A DNA stretch of 64,000 bases from Nannocystis bainbridge (GCF_028368995.1 NZ_JAQNDL010000001.1:3552001-3616000); one strand, 5' to 3'. Positions 10,825-21,033 are shown, numbered from the stretch's first letter. The notes: generated by a model not told the origin, from the letters alone. Numbers and translations are program-made.

Positions 10825-11910
10825 GTGACCGGGGTGGACCAGGTCGACGTCGTCGTCGTCGGCGCCGGCGTGGTCGGCTGCGCGGTCGCTGCGACGCTCG
10901 CCCGCCAAGGCCGCGAGGTGCTCGTGCTCGAGCGCGAAGCCCGGGAAGGCACCGGGGTGTCGAGCCGCAACAGCGGCGTCATCCACTCGGGGCTCTACTA
11001 CCCGCCGGCTTCGCTCAAGGCCGAGACATGTCTGCGAGGACAGGAACTTTTGTACAGCTGGTGCGCGCGTCATCGGGTCGACCACGCGCGCCTCGGCAAG
11101 CTGGTGGTCGCCCGCAGCAGCGAAGAAGAGGCCGCGTTGCAGGCGCTGGCGGACAATACGAGCGCGGCCGGGGCGCGGGATTGTGTGCTCGTCGGCGCGG
11201 GCGCGGTGCGGGCGCGTGAACCCGGGTTGCCGGGCGTGCGGGCGGCGCTGTGGTGCCCGAACACGGGGATCGTCGATGTCCACGGGCTGTGCGGCTCGCT
11301 GCGCGCCGAGGCCGAGGCGCACGGGGCGGTGTTCGGCGTGCACGCGCGGGTCGACGGGGCCGAGATCGCCGGCGCCGCGGTGACGCTGCGGACCACGCGC
11401 GGGCCGGTGGTGGCGGGGCGGATCGTCAACGCCGCCGGGCTGCACGCCGACGAGCTGGCGGCGCTGCTCGGGGCCGCGTCGCCGCGGATTCACCCGTGCC
11501 GCGGGGATTACTTCCGCCTGCGCACGCCCGTGCGCTACCGCCACCTGATCTACCCGGTGCGAGCGCGCGGCGCCGCCGGTCTTGGCGTGCACCTCACGCT
11601 CGACCTCGCGGGCGCGTACCGACTCGGACCTGACGTCACGTACGTCGAGGCGCGCGACGACTTCGGCCCCGCGGCCCACAAGCTCGCGGCGTTTCATCGC
11701 GCCGCGTGCGCTCTGCTCGGCCCGATCGGCGAGGACCAGCTGAGCTACGAGGGTTGTGGGATCCGCCCCAAGCTGCGCGGCCCCGACGAACCGGCCGAGC
11801 GCGACTTCGCGGTGTTCACGAGCCCCGGCTGCGTGCACCTGGTCGGCATCGAGTCGCCCGGGCTGACCGCCGCGCTCGCGCTGGCCGAGAAGGTCGCCGC
11901 GCTGGTGTGA
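10825..11910 (+). CDS. FAD-dependent oxidoreductase, LhgO/L-2-hydroxyglutarate oxidase-like
   Basis: VVVVGAGVVG, SSRNSGVIHSGLYY, GIESPGLT. Confidence 0.88.
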   Translation: MTGVDQVDVVVVGAGVVGCAVAATLARQGREVLVLEREAREGTGVSSRNSGVIHSGLYYPPASLKAETCLRGQELLYSWCARHRVDHARLGKLVVARSSEEEAALQALADNTSAAGARDCVLVGAGAVRAREPGLPGVRAALWCPNTGIVDVHGLCGSLRAEAEAHGAVFGVHARVDGAEIAGAAVTLRTTRGPVVAGRIVNAAGLHADELAALLGAASPRIHPCRGDYFRLRTPVRYRHLIYPVRARGAAGLGVHLTLDLAGAYRLGPDVTYVEARDDFGPAAHKLAAFHRAACALLGPIGEDQLSYEGCGIRPKLRGPDEPAERDFAVFTSPGCVHLVGIESPGLTAALALAEKVAALV

Positions 11911-11922
11911 GCGACGCCCGTC

Positions 11923-12711
11923 TCAGGGCTTCTCGATGCGGCAGAGGATCGCGGTGATGTTGTCGCCGCCGCCGGCGTCGTTGGCGGCCTTGATCAGCTC
12001 GTTGCAGCTGGTATCGAGGCTGTCGCGGGCGGTGATGATCTCGAGCAGGACTGGGTCGTCGAGCATGCCGCTGAGGCCGTCGCTGCACAGCAGGTACACG
12101 TCGCCGACCTTGAAGGCGTCGGCGATGACGTCGACGTTGACCTGGTCGGCGAGGCCGAGGGCGCGGACCACCACGTTCTTCTGGGGGAAGTGGACCCCTT
12201 CGTCGCCGCTCAATTCCTTCATGCGCAGGTAGTCATTGAGCAGCGAGTGGTCCTCGGTGAGCATCTGGATCCGCCCCTCGCGGATCCGGTAGACCCGGCT
12301 GTCGCCGACGTGGCCGATGAAGAACCGGCCCTGGTTGAAGTAGATGGCGTCGACGGTGCAGCCCATGCCCTTCTTGCTGCCGTCGACGGCGGCCGTCTGG
12401 AAGATGTTGGAGTTGGCGAGCTGGATGGCGACGCTCATGCGCTGCTTCTCGATCTCGAGCGAGGGCAGCTTGAACGGCCAGGTGTTCTGGCCGCTGCGGG
12501 CGGTGTCGCGGTAGTGCTGGTCGATGGTCTCGACGGTGATCCGGCTGGCGACGTCGCCGGCGGCGTGGCCACCCATGCCGTCGGACACGACGGCGAGGGC
12601 CATCTCGCGCGGGATCAGCAGGCTGTCTTCGTTGTGGGCGCGGACCAGGCCGATGTCGGTCTTGCCGGCGAAGCGGACCCGGTGCGGGCCGACCATGAAG
12701 CTGATGCTCAT
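11923..12711 (-). CDS. PP2C-family Ser/Thr protein phosphatase
   Basis: RAHNED, DGMGGH, HVGDSR, LCSDGL, DNIT. Confidence 0.95.
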   Translation of the reverse strand: MSISFMVGPHRVRFAGKTDIGLVRAHNEDSLLIPREMALAVVSDGMGGHAAGDVASRITVETIDQHYRDTARSGQNTWPFKLPSLEIEKQRMSVAIQLANSNIFQTAAVDGSKKGMGCTVDAIYFNQGRFFIGHVGDSRVYRIREGRIQMLTEDHSLLNDYLRMKELSGDEGVHFPQKNVVVRALGLADQVNVDVIADAFKVGDVYLLCSDGLSGMLDDPVLLEIITARDSLDTSCNELIKAANDAGGGDNITAILCRIEKP

Positions 12712-12761
12712 GCGAGGCCAAACGTAGCAGGCCGGCGCGCCGAAGTGCTAGCATCGAAGCC

Positions 12762-14405
12762 ATGGAGACGGCCCCGCCGAGCGCCGACCCGCAGGTCGTC
12801 GACCTGGCCAGGATGAGCCTGCCCCGGCTCATGTTCGCGCTGCTGCACCGCCGCTTCACCGGCACGATCAGCCTCACGCCGGCGGCCCCGGACGCGCCCG
12901 GCCGCAGCGCCGACGTCGGCGCGCGTCGGGTGTGGTTTCAGGGCGGGATGCCGATCTTCACCGACTTTTCCAGCCCGCACGACTCGATCGGCCAGGTGCT
13001 CGTCGATCTCGGGCTCATCGAGCCGGCCGAGCGGGACCGCGCGATGGCCGAACTGGCCCGCCTGGCCCAGCCAGGGGCCCCGCGCGAGCGTTTCGGCCAT
13101 TACCTCGTGCGCCGCCGCCTCGTCACCGGCGGCCAGCTCCGCAAGGCGCTGCGCGTCCAGTGCGCCCGCAAGGTGGTCCACCTGTTCGCCCTGCGCGCCG
13201 GCTCGGCCCAGATCGTCGCCGGCGACGCCGCCGCCGCCGAGACCGACGCCTCGCAGCCGACCCAGGTCAACACCCTCGAGCTCATCCACGCCGGCGTGGT
13301 CGCCCACTTCGACCCACGCCGGATCGCCGCCGAGATGGGCCTCCTGCTCGACGGCCCGCTGCGCCTGCGCTCGTCGTTCGACCGCTACCGGACCCAGTTC
13401 CACTTCGCCAAGGGCGACGAGGCGATCGTCGACGCCCTGCGCCCCGGCAACCTCTACGTCACCGACGTCGCCCGCCTGTCCGGTCAGCCCGAGGCCCGCG
13501 TCGCCGCGGTGGTCTACACGCTGTGGGCCTGTCAGATGTTGAAGTCGGCCAACGCACCGCCCGACCAGGCGACCGGGCCGAACGCCATCCTGCCCGAAGC
13601 GACAGGTTCTTCGATACCTGTCCTCAAGAACAGCAAGCCGGCGGGGCGCGACAGCCTGCGCGCGGCCGAGTTCGCCGGCGAGCTCGAGCGGCTCGAAGCG
13701 GCGATCGCCGGCGGGGCCAACGCGTTCGACCTGCTCGGCCTGGCGGCCACCGCCGACCGGGCCCAGGTCCGCGCCGCCTGGCATGTGCTGAGCCGGCGCT
13801 TTCACCCCGACAGCCTGCCGCACCAGGGCCTCGGCCACCTGCGCGAGCGCTCGCAGGCGGTGTTCGCCGCGCTCAGCGAGGCCTACCAGCGGCTTTCCGA
13901 CGACGCCCAGCGCGAGCAGATCGCGGCGCTGCTGCGCGGCGGGCAGCCGGCCCCGCGCGCGACCGCGGGCCCGAGCGCGCAGGCGGTGCTCGAGAGCGAG
14001 GTGGTGGTCCGCGAGGGCGACAAGCTGCTGCGCGCCGGCAACTTCGACCGCGCGCTCGAGCGCTACCGCAAGGCCGCGGCCCTCAACCCCGACGAGCTCG
14101 AGGTCCGCGCCGCGATCGCGTGGTGCGAGTACCAGCTGGCCGCCGACAAGGCGCCGGTCCGCGACGCCACCCGCGCGGCCCTGTTCGAGGTCCTGGCCCG
14201 CCAGCCGCGCTGCGTCCGCGCCCACTACGACCTGGGCCTGCTGTCCCTCGGGTCCGGTGACGACGAACAGGCGCTGCTGCATTTTAATCAGGTGCTCGAG
14301 CTGGAGCCCGACAGCATCGACGCGAAGCGGCAGATCCACGCGATCCAGCTGCGCCGCTCGACGCCCGAGGGCCCGCGCCGCAAGCTGTTCGGCCCGCGCC
14401 GGTGA
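12762..14405 (+). CDS. Myxobacterial DUF4388-like / J-domain / TPR protein
   Basis: N-terminal SLPRLMFALL..FTG; RRFHPD J-like motif; C-terminal TPRs. Confidence 0.8.
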   Translation: METAPPSADPQVVDLARMSLPRLMFALLHRRFTGTISLTPAAPDAPGRSADVGARRVWFQGGMPIFTDFSSPHDSIGQVLVDLGLIEPAERDRAMAELARLAQPGAPRERFGHYLVRRRLVTGGQLRKALRVQCARKVVHLFALRAGSAQIVAGDAAAAETDASQPTQVNTLELIHAGVVAHFDPRRIAAEMGLLLDGPLRLRSSFDRYRTQFHFAKGDEAIVDALRPGNLYVTDVARLSGQPEARVAAVVYTLWACQMLKSANAPPDQATGPNAILPEATGSSIPVLKNSKPAGRDSLRAAEFAGELERLEAAIAGGANAFDLLGLAATADRAQVRAAWHVLSRRFHPDSLPHQGLGHLRERSQAVFAALSEAYQRLSDDAQREQIAALLRGGQPAPRATAGPSAQAVLESEVVVREGDKLLRAGNFDRALERYRKAAALNPDELEVRAAIAWCEYQLAADKAPVRDATRAALFEVLARQPRCVRAHYDLGLLSLGSGDDEQALLHFNQVLELEPDSIDAKRQIHAIQLRRSTPEGPRRKLFGPRR

Positions 14406-14410
14406 GGCGG

Positions 14411-15154
14411 TCAGTAGGGGCGACTCGCAGCGTCTGCCAAGCCACGACGAACGACTTCAGAGCTGCGGAGTCGGGCCATCGTGGCGAAGTAGGACTTACG
14501 TGCTTGGACGAGCGCCGCGACCGGAAAGCCATTCTTAAGCTGCACGAGTTCGAGGTTGCGAGTGCCGCCGATCTTGAGCTCATCCTTGATGTCTGCGATC
14601 TCGTCGAGGCACCCCGCCGTGGTCTGCCACCTCACCAGCGTCACGTTGTCTGTCAGTTCGGTGACGATCTTGCCGAGATGTCCGAAGTTGGTGAACGCCC
14701 AACTCTCCAGCTCATAGAACGGCATGGCGAGGATCAAGACCCGCTCCAGCTCGGTCAGATCGCCAGGGCCAGTCGCCGACTTGCTTGCCTGGAGGAGTCG
14801 CAAGACGTCCGCGCAGAACCGAGGCCAGTGCTCGCTAAGATGTTCGCAACCGCGCCAGCCGCCCGACCATACCGCGTCTGCATCGACGTGGAAAAACACG
14901 ATTTTCCCGAGCGCAAGAGCTCGCGCCACAGCGCCGACGAGGAGTCGCCGCAGTCTCTGAGCATCGTATGACTTCCAATAGCTGCCCGAGACGCGTTCCT
15001 GCGCGGGCAAGACAGGCTCGACCAACACGTGGTTCGACTTCAACGCCGGCTCCATATGCTTGAGCATGCCCCGGAGCAGATGCTCCAGAGTCTGCAACGC
15101 ATCACCCGCGCGGTCCTCGGAGTAGAGCACGAAGCGGATCGCCGGCTCGCTCAC
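14411..15154 (-). CDS. Putative TOPRIM-like (DUF4276-like) partner of the ATPase
   Basis: FVLYSED, FFHVDAD (DxD), YELESW; GTG overlaps the ATPase stop (GTGA); atypical codon usage. Confidence 0.65.
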   Translation of the reverse strand: MSEPAIRFVLYSEDRAGDALQTLEHLLRGMLKHMEPALKSNHVLVEPVLPAQERVSGSYWKSYDAQRLRRLLVGAVARALALGKIVFFHVDADAVWSGGWRGCEHLSEHWPRFCADVLRLLQASKSATGPGDLTELERVLILAMPFYELESWAFTNFGHLGKIVTELTDNVTLVRWQTTAGCLDEIADIKDELKIGGTRNLELVQLKNGFPVAALVQARKSYFATMARLRSSEVVRRGLADAASRPY

Positions 15155-16443
15155 CACAGCCCCTCCGCCTCGAGCACATCACTGGGACTCTGGAGGCCGA
15201 CCTCGATGTTTTTGTAGAGCTCGCGCGCCATCGCCTCGTCGAAGGTGTTGACGACCTGTCGGCCGTCTCCTCGGCGACGGATGATGTGGATCTTCTCGCT
15301 AATATCCTGGGGGCTCCAGAAGTTCGTCGAGTCGATGACGAGATGGTTGTGGCTCGCCAGGAACAGCTGTCGAGCGTCCCATAACTCGAGGAGGTTCCTC
15401 ACCAACCTTGGATGCATCCCGTTGTCGATCTCGTCGCAGACGATGGGGATTCCTGGACGGGGTAGCGAGACAAGGCCGGCGTACAGGTAGCGCCTCTGTC
15501 CGAACGTCAGCCCTGAGTGTGCCACTCGCGTCCCGGCGCCCAGGTCAACACGAAGTCCGAGGCCCCTGCACTCGAACTCTGGCTCTCCATCTCGCACGGC
15601 TTCACGAACGACTTGCGGGTGAAGAGTGATTTTTCGGATCCGAAGAGGCGCCTGCCACTTGTCGAGAAGCTCAACGGGTATCGCTAGATCGACCCCATTT
15701 AGCCAACGGTTCTCGCGGGATGACCATGCCCGAACGAGCAGTCGCACGACGTCATGCCACCACATCCGGCCGGTACCGTCGCCGAATCCGGTGAACGTGG
15801 CCAGGTGCTTGGGATCGAAGTAACGACCGAAGCTGAATTCGAGGGAGTTGGTGAGCACTTCGAATTCGCGGTCGGACTCGCCAACGAAGCACGCCTCACA
15901 CACCGGGAGGAGCGACCCCGTCATCTGCTTCAGGCTGGGACCTTGGGCGGTCACCAATTTCCGGGGCTTGAGTTCGCCGCGATCGCGATATGCGTACTCT
16001 TCGACAAAGCTGCCGTCGTCCGCCTGGTAACGTATGGTGTCCCCTGCGAGCACGAGCGAGAACCCTCCCCCGTCGCTCTCGAAATGGACCGTCGCTCCAA
16101 GCGTGTCACTCTCTTCTGCAGCCTTATCCAGCTTCTTGAGTAAGTCTTCCGAATTCTGAAAGCGCGGCAGATGGATCGCGTTGAAGACGTGGCCTCGGAC
16201 GACGATCGCCGCCGCATCCTCCCCTACTCCATGGGTAGAGAGCTCGAACTCGACATCGAAGGGTTGACGCAAAAACTCACCGAAATCCAGATGGAGGACC
16301 GCCCGGATCAATTTCAGAAGCTGCGTCTTCCCGGCCCCGTTGAGCCCGAGGATCAAATTTTCGCTTCGAGAGAAATCGATGCGGGCTGGCTCGAACTGCT
16401 CGTACTGGTGGATCTGCAGCCAGCGGAGGGTCGGTGTGCTCAT
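15151..16443 (-). CDS. ABC-class (AAA_21-like) ATPase
   Basis: Walker A GLNGAGKT, signature LTFGQ, Walker B IVCDEIDNGMHP, H-loop ASHN; no transmembrane partner. Confidence 0.88.
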   Translation of the reverse strand: MSTPTLRWLQIHQYEQFEPARIDFSRSENLILGLNGAGKTQLLKLIRAVLHLDFGEFLRQPFDVEFELSTHGVGEDAAAIVVRGHVFNAIHLPRFQNSEDLLKKLDKAAEESDTLGATVHFESDGGGFSLVLAGDTIRYQADDGSFVEEYAYRDRGELKPRKLVTAQGPSLKQMTGSLLPVCEACFVGESDREFEVLTNSLEFSFGRYFDPKHLATFTGFGDGTGRMWWHDVVRLLVRAWSSRENRWLNGVDLAIPVELLDKWQAPLRIRKITLHPQVVREAVRDGEPEFECRGLGLRVDLGAGTRVAHSGLTFGQRRYLYAGLVSLPRPGIPIVCDEIDNGMHPRLVRNLLELWDARQLFLASHNHLVIDSTNFWSPQDISEKIHIIRRRGDGRQVVNTFDEAMARELYKNIEVGLQSPSDVLEAEGLW

Positions 16444-16453
16444 GGTGGTCCCT

Positions 16454-17428
16454 TCACAGCCCGTAGCGGCAGTTCTTCACGCAGGTCTGGTTGTGCCGGT
16501 CGGCCGCCGCCCCGAGCTCCGCCGGCTTGAAGTCGTCCTTGAGCACCTCGACCGCGTCTTCCCAGTCGCGGCGCACGTAGTAGCGGGCGGCGAGGCCGAG
16601 CATGTCGGCGTCGAACTGCGGCTGGACCGCGCGGGCGTTGCTGCGGATCTGGTAGGTGCCGACGCGCTCGCGGCCGGCCGAGGCGACCAGCGTGGTCTGG
16701 TTGCCGGTCTCGCTGACGAAGCTGTAGCGCTGGGGGAACACGGCCGAGGTGGTCTCGCGGTCGTGCGGGTACATGCGGGTGACGTTGTGGAGGTTGGCGA
16801 CCACCACCCCGTCGGGCGCCAGGCGGGCCAGGCAGGCCCGGTAGAACTCCTCGGTCTTGAGGTGGTAGGGCACGAACACCCCGCGGAACGCGTCGAGCAT
16901 GATCATGTCCCAGCGCACATCCGCGGCCGCGCGCTCGACGAACAGCCGCGCGTCGGCGACGTGGACCCGATAGGACGGGTCGTCCTTCGGCACGGCGAAG
17001 AACTCCTGGGCCAGGCGCACCACCTCCGGGTCGATGTCGACCGCGTCGATCTCGAGCTCGGGGAAGCGGGCCTTCAAGTAGTTGCTCATGCCGCCGCCGC
17101 CGAGGCCGAGCATCAGCAGCCGGCGCGGGCGCGGCTGCAGCAGGAAGCCGGCCATCATCGTCCGCGTGTAGTCGAGATCGAGGCTCTGCGGGCGCGAGCG
17201 GTCGTGGCGCGACTCGATGAACTGGGTGCCGTCGTCGCCGACGAAGTACATGGTGCGGACGCTGCCGCTCTCGGCCACGCGGATCCGGTTGTAGCGGGAG
17301 ACGGCCTCGGCGAGCACCGTCTCGGCCGCCGCGGCCGGGCGCGCCAGCGTGGCTGCCCCGAAGGCCAGGCTGCCGCCGCCGAGGAGCAAGAGGCCGCGGC
17401 GCGAGAGCGAGGGCGAGGCGTCGGTCAC
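16454..17428 (-). CDS. Tat-signal spermidine-synthase-like SAM-dependent transferase
   Basis: SRRGLL twin-arginine signal; LMLGLGGG, AVDIDP, IMLDAF. Confidence 0.85.
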   Translation of the reverse strand: MTDASPSLSRRGLLLLGGGSLAFGAATLARPAAAAETVLAEAVSRYNRIRVAESGSVRTMYFVGDDGTQFIESRHDRSRPQSLDLDYTRTMMAGFLLQPRPRRLLMLGLGGGGMSNYLKARFPELEIDAVDIDPEVVRLAQEFFAVPKDDPSYRVHVADARLFVERAAADVRWDMIMLDAFRGVFVPYHLKTEEFYRACLARLAPDGVVVANLHNVTRMYPHDRETTSAVFPQRYSFVSETGNQTTLVASAGRERVGTYQIRSNARAVQPQFDADMLGLAARYYVRRDWEDAVEVLKDDFKPAELGAAADRHNQTCVKNCRYGL

Positions 17429-17471
17429 GGCCAGACCATAGCCCGAGCGCCGGCCCGGCGGTAGGCGGCGC

Positions 17472-18467
17472 CTAGCGGTAGGTGCAGCCGCGCAGGCACG
17501 AGCCGTTGTTGCGCTCGGCGGCGGCGGCCAGGCTGTCGGCGGGGAAGTCGTCGCGCAGCACCTGGGCGCGCTCCCAGTCGCGGCGGACGTAGTAGCGGGC
17601 GCACAGGCCGAGCAGGTCGACGTCGTCGAAGCGCGGCTGGGCCCGGCGGGCGTTGGCGCGGAGCTCGTAGGGGCCGACGCGGGTCCTGGCGGCGCTGGCG
17701 ACCAGAGTGGTTTGATTGCCGGCCTCGCTGAGGAAGCCGTAGCAGCTCGGGTAGACCGCGGCGATCGTCTCGCGGTCGTGCGGGTACATGCGCGTGCCGT
17801 TGTGGAGGTTGGCGACCGCGACCCCGCCGGCGGCGAGGCGCCCCAGGACCTCGCCGTGGAACTCGGCGGTCTTGAGGTGGGGCGGCACCTGGACCCCGCG
17901 GAACGCGTCGAGCACGATCATGTCCCAGCGCTCGGCCGCCGGCGCGCGCTGCAGGAACAGCCGCGCGTCGGCGACGTGGACGCGGTAGCGGGGATCTGCC
18001 GTGGGCACGCCGAAGAACGCCTGGGCCAGGCGCACCACCTCGGGGTCGATGTCGACGGCGTCGAGCTCGAGCCCGGGCATGCGCTCGTAGAAGTAACCGG
18101 GCAGCGCGCCGCCGCCGAGGCCGAGCACGAGGATCCGCCGCGGCTCGGGATGGACGACGAAGCCGGCCAGCATGGTGCGGAAGACGTCGAGGTCGAGGCT
18201 GCGTCGGTGCGCCGCGTCGATGCGGGTCTCGATGAACTGCGTGCCGTCGTCGCCGATGAACAGCATCGTCCGCACCGAGCCGCGCTCGACCACGCGCACG
18301 TGGTTGTAGCGCGAGCGGCCCTCGCCGAGCACGCGCTCCGCGTCGCCTGTCCCCGAGGACATGTGATTGCCCGGCCCGGCGGCTGCGGCCGCGCGAGACC
18401 CGAGGACGCTGCCGAGCCCGGTGACCGCCGCCCCGCCGAGCTGCTGGAGAAAGCCCCGCCGCTGCAC
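17472..18467 (-). CDS. Tat-signal spermidine-synthase-like SAM-dependent transferase (paralogue)
   Basis: QRRGFL twin-arginine signal; LVLGLGGG, AVDIDP, IVLDAF. Confidence 0.85.
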   Translation of the reverse strand: MQRRGFLQQLGGAAVTGLGSVLGSRAAAAAGPGNHMSSGTGDAERVLGEGRSRYNHVRVVERGSVRTMLFIGDDGTQFIETRIDAAHRRSLDLDVFRTMLAGFVVHPEPRRILVLGLGGGALPGYFYERMPGLELDAVDIDPEVVRLAQAFFGVPTADPRYRVHVADARLFLQRAPAAERWDMIVLDAFRGVQVPPHLKTAEFHGEVLGRLAAGGVAVANLHNGTRMYPHDRETIAAVYPSCYGFLSEAGNQTTLVASAARTRVGPYELRANARRAQPRFDDVDLLGLCARYYVRRDWERAQVLRDDFPADSLAAAAERNNGSCLRGCTYR

Positions 18468-18546
18468 CGCGCGACTGTAGCCCACCGCCCCGGTCGTCGC
18501 GCCGCAAACTTGGCCGCGCGCGCAGACCATGGCATAGGCCGCGGTC

Positions 18547-18996
18547 GTGAGACCCGCTGCCCTGATCGGCTTCGCCGTTGCCGCCCTTCTGCTCGGCGCG
18601 ATCGTCGTCGGTTACTTCGTCGCAATCCCGACGCTGTCGGCCTCGCCGCTGCTCGACGCCAACCTCGCGCGCGCCCTCGCGGCCCCCCTCGGCCAGCGCC
18701 TCGCCGAGCTCGTGGTCGCCGCCAGCGTCGTGCTCGCGCTCGCCACCCCGCGGTGGATCGCCTCCCGGGCCGGCACCACCATCGCCCTCGTCCTCACCGC
18801 CGCCGCCCTCGCCCACCGCCTGCTGCTCGTGCCGCACCTCGACCGCCTGTGGGCCCGCGTCGACGTCGTGGCCGCTCGCCCGGTCGACGTCCTCGCCGAG
18901 GCCCAGCGCTGGAGCGACCATCAGCAGTGGCTGCTGCTGGCGATGTGTGTGCTCGTCCTCGCGCTGTTCGGCCTGGCCTCGCGCCGGGCCGTCTGA
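18547..18996 (+). CDS. Small integral membrane protein (about 4 TM)
   Basis: Four hydrophobic segments. Confidence 0.65.
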   Translation: MRPAALIGFAVAALLLGAIVVGYFVAIPTLSASPLLDANLARALAAPLGQRLAELVVAASVVLALATPRWIASRAGTTIALVLTAAALAHRLLLVPHLDRLWARVDVVAARPVDVLAEAQRWSDHQQWLLLAMCVLVLALFGLASRRAV

Positions 18997-19046
18997 CACC
19001 TTCTGCCTGGCCCCGATCTTGCTACGGCGAGGTGGCCCCCGCCGAC

Positions 19047-20153
19047 ATGCCCGAAACTCGCCGCGCTCTTCGCCCCTCGCTCGCCCTCTCTGGCCGCCGT
19101 GCTGGCCTTTCGGCCGTGTTCGCCGCCGTCGCGGTGGTTGTCATCCCGTCACGGGCGCAGGCCGCCCCGGGACTCGATGGCACGCGCAACCTCGGGATGG
19201 GCGGAGCGACGCGCGCCTCGTCGACCGGCTCGGGGGCCATGCTGGCCAACCCGGCCAACATGGGCTTCACGCGCCAGTTCTTGATCGATCCGGTCTACCA
19301 GGCCCAGGTCGAGAACAACACCCACGGGGTCGGCATCCAGGCGATGGACTCGCTGATGAACCCGCGGGTGGCCGTCGGCCTCGGCTACGTGGCCACGCTC
19401 GGCCTGCCCAACGTCACCTTCAAGGACGACCGCGGCGGCGATCATCAGATCGCGCTGTTTCACATGGCCCACGAGGTCGGCCTGCCGATCGCCATCAACG
19501 CGGCGCCCGGGTGGCTCGCGTTCGGCGTGCGGCCCAAGTTCCTGCAGTCGAGCCTGCGCTTCGTCGACGCCCAGGGTGATCCGCACGACGCCAAGAAGCA
19601 GCGCCTCGCCTTTGGCCTCGACCTGGCGATGACCGTGTCGATCCTGCAGTTCGCCAACGTCTCGGTGGTCGGCCAGAACCTGGTCGGCCCGGCGCCGCCG
19701 GCGACGTCGCTGAAGCTCGACCCGTACGTGGTCGCGCCCGACAGCCTCGGCCGCAGCCACGTCAGCCTGCTGTCCGACTTCCCGCGCACGCTGGCCCACG
19801 GCCTGGCGGTCTTCCCCACCCGCCAGAGCGGCTTCTCGATCAACTTCGACGGCCTCTACGACTTCACGTCGTTCCGTCACCAGGACAAGTACACGCGGAT
19901 GATCTTCGCCGGCGGCGCCGAGTACACCATCAAGCGCGTGGTGCCGCTGCGCTTCGGCGGCTACTGGGACAGCCGCGGCCGCGGCAAGCAGGACGACCGC
20001 GGCTTCATCGCCTGCGGCATCGGCTTCGTCCGCGACGCGCCCAAGCGAGGGATCGGCTTCGACCTCGGGTTCGGGTTCTCGCGCCAGATCACCGGACCGA
20101 ACCCCGAGACCCGCCTGGCGGTCAACCTCGGCATCCGCATCAATCCCCAGTAA
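19047..20153 (+). CDS. Putative outer-membrane beta-barrel protein
   Basis: Signal peptide ending AQA; RNLGMGGA...NPA start typical of FadL/PorV-like barrels; amphipathic beta strands. Confidence 0.65.
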   Translation: MPETRRALRPSLALSGRRAGLSAVFAAVAVVVIPSRAQAAPGLDGTRNLGMGGATRASSTGSGAMLANPANMGFTRQFLIDPVYQAQVENNTHGVGIQAMDSLMNPRVAVGLGYVATLGLPNVTFKDDRGGDHQIALFHMAHEVGLPIAINAAPGWLAFGVRPKFLQSSLRFVDAQGDPHDAKKQRLAFGLDLAMTVSILQFANVSVVGQNLVGPAPPATSLKLDPYVVAPDSLGRSHVSLLSDFPRTLAHGLAVFPTRQSGFSINFDGLYDFTSFRHQDKYTRMIFAGGAEYTIKRVVPLRFGGYWDSRGRGKQDDRGFIACGIGFVRDAPKRGIGFDLGFGFSRQITGPNPETRLAVNLGIRINPQ

Positions 20154-20277
20154 AAGCCTCAGTAAAAGCCGCGACAAAGCCGGCCGGGGCCTGCGCCGGG
20201 CCCGCCTGCGCGCGCGGACGTGCCCGTGACGGACATTCGCACAGGAACCTTGCCCCGGCCCCGCGGTCTGGACGACA

Positions 20278-21015
20278 GTGAGTGGCGTGACCGACCCCGA
20301 GCGAGTGTACAGCGCCGAGGAGCTCGCCGCTGCCGCGCCGCCCGACGAGCCCGAGCCGGCGCCGGCTCCCGATGAGACGTTGACCCCGGAGCAGCGGGCC
20401 GAGAACGCCCGCCGCGCCGAGCAGGACCGCCGCGATCGCCAGCTCGTCCGTCGCCTCAAGCAGGGCGACGAGGCCGCGTTCCGCGAGCTGGTGCACACCT
20501 ACCAGAACCGGATCTTCAGCCTCATGCTGCGCATGATCGGCAACCGCCAGGAGGCCGAGGATCTCGCGCAGGAGGTGTTCATCATCGTCTACCGCGCGAT
20601 CGGCAACTACCGCGGCGAGGGTCGCTTCTACACCTGGCTCTACCGGGTCGCCAGCAACACCTGCAAGAACCGGATCAAGTACCTCAAGGGCCGCAACTTC
20701 CACCGCAGCCTCGACATCGACGAGACGCCGCAGGCGCAGATGCCCGCCGCCGAGACCGGCGCCGTCATCACCTTTCAGAGCCAGGTGCCCGGCCCCGAGG
20801 CCGTGACCGAGGGCATGCGCATGGAGAAGATCGTCCAGCGCGAGCTCGCCGCCCTCGATCCGGACCATCGCCTGCTCATCGTCCTCCGCGACGTGCAAGG
20901 CATGTCGTACCAGGACATCATCAAGATCACCGGCCTGCAGGAGGGCACGCTCAAGTCACGCCTGCACCGGGCGCGCCTGGCGCTGAAGGAGCGCCTGGAG
21001 CCGTTCATGCGCTGA
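20278..21015 (+). CDS. ECF RNA polymerase sigma factor (RpoE-like)
   Basis: AEDLAQEVF, FYTWLYRVASN, GTLKSRLHRAR. Confidence 0.95.
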   Translation: MSGVTDPERVYSAEELAAAAPPDEPEPAPAPDETLTPEQRAENARRAEQDRRDRQLVRRLKQGDEAAFRELVHTYQNRIFSLMLRMIGNRQEAEDLAQEVFIIVYRAIGNYRGEGRFYTWLYRVASNTCKNRIKYLKGRNFHRSLDIDETPQAQMPAAETGAVITFQSQVPGPEAVTEGMRMEKIVQRELAALDPDHRLLIVLRDVQGMSYQDIIKITGLQEGTLKSRLHRARLALKERLEPFMR

Positions 21016-21033
21016 CGCGCCGAGGACCGTCGT

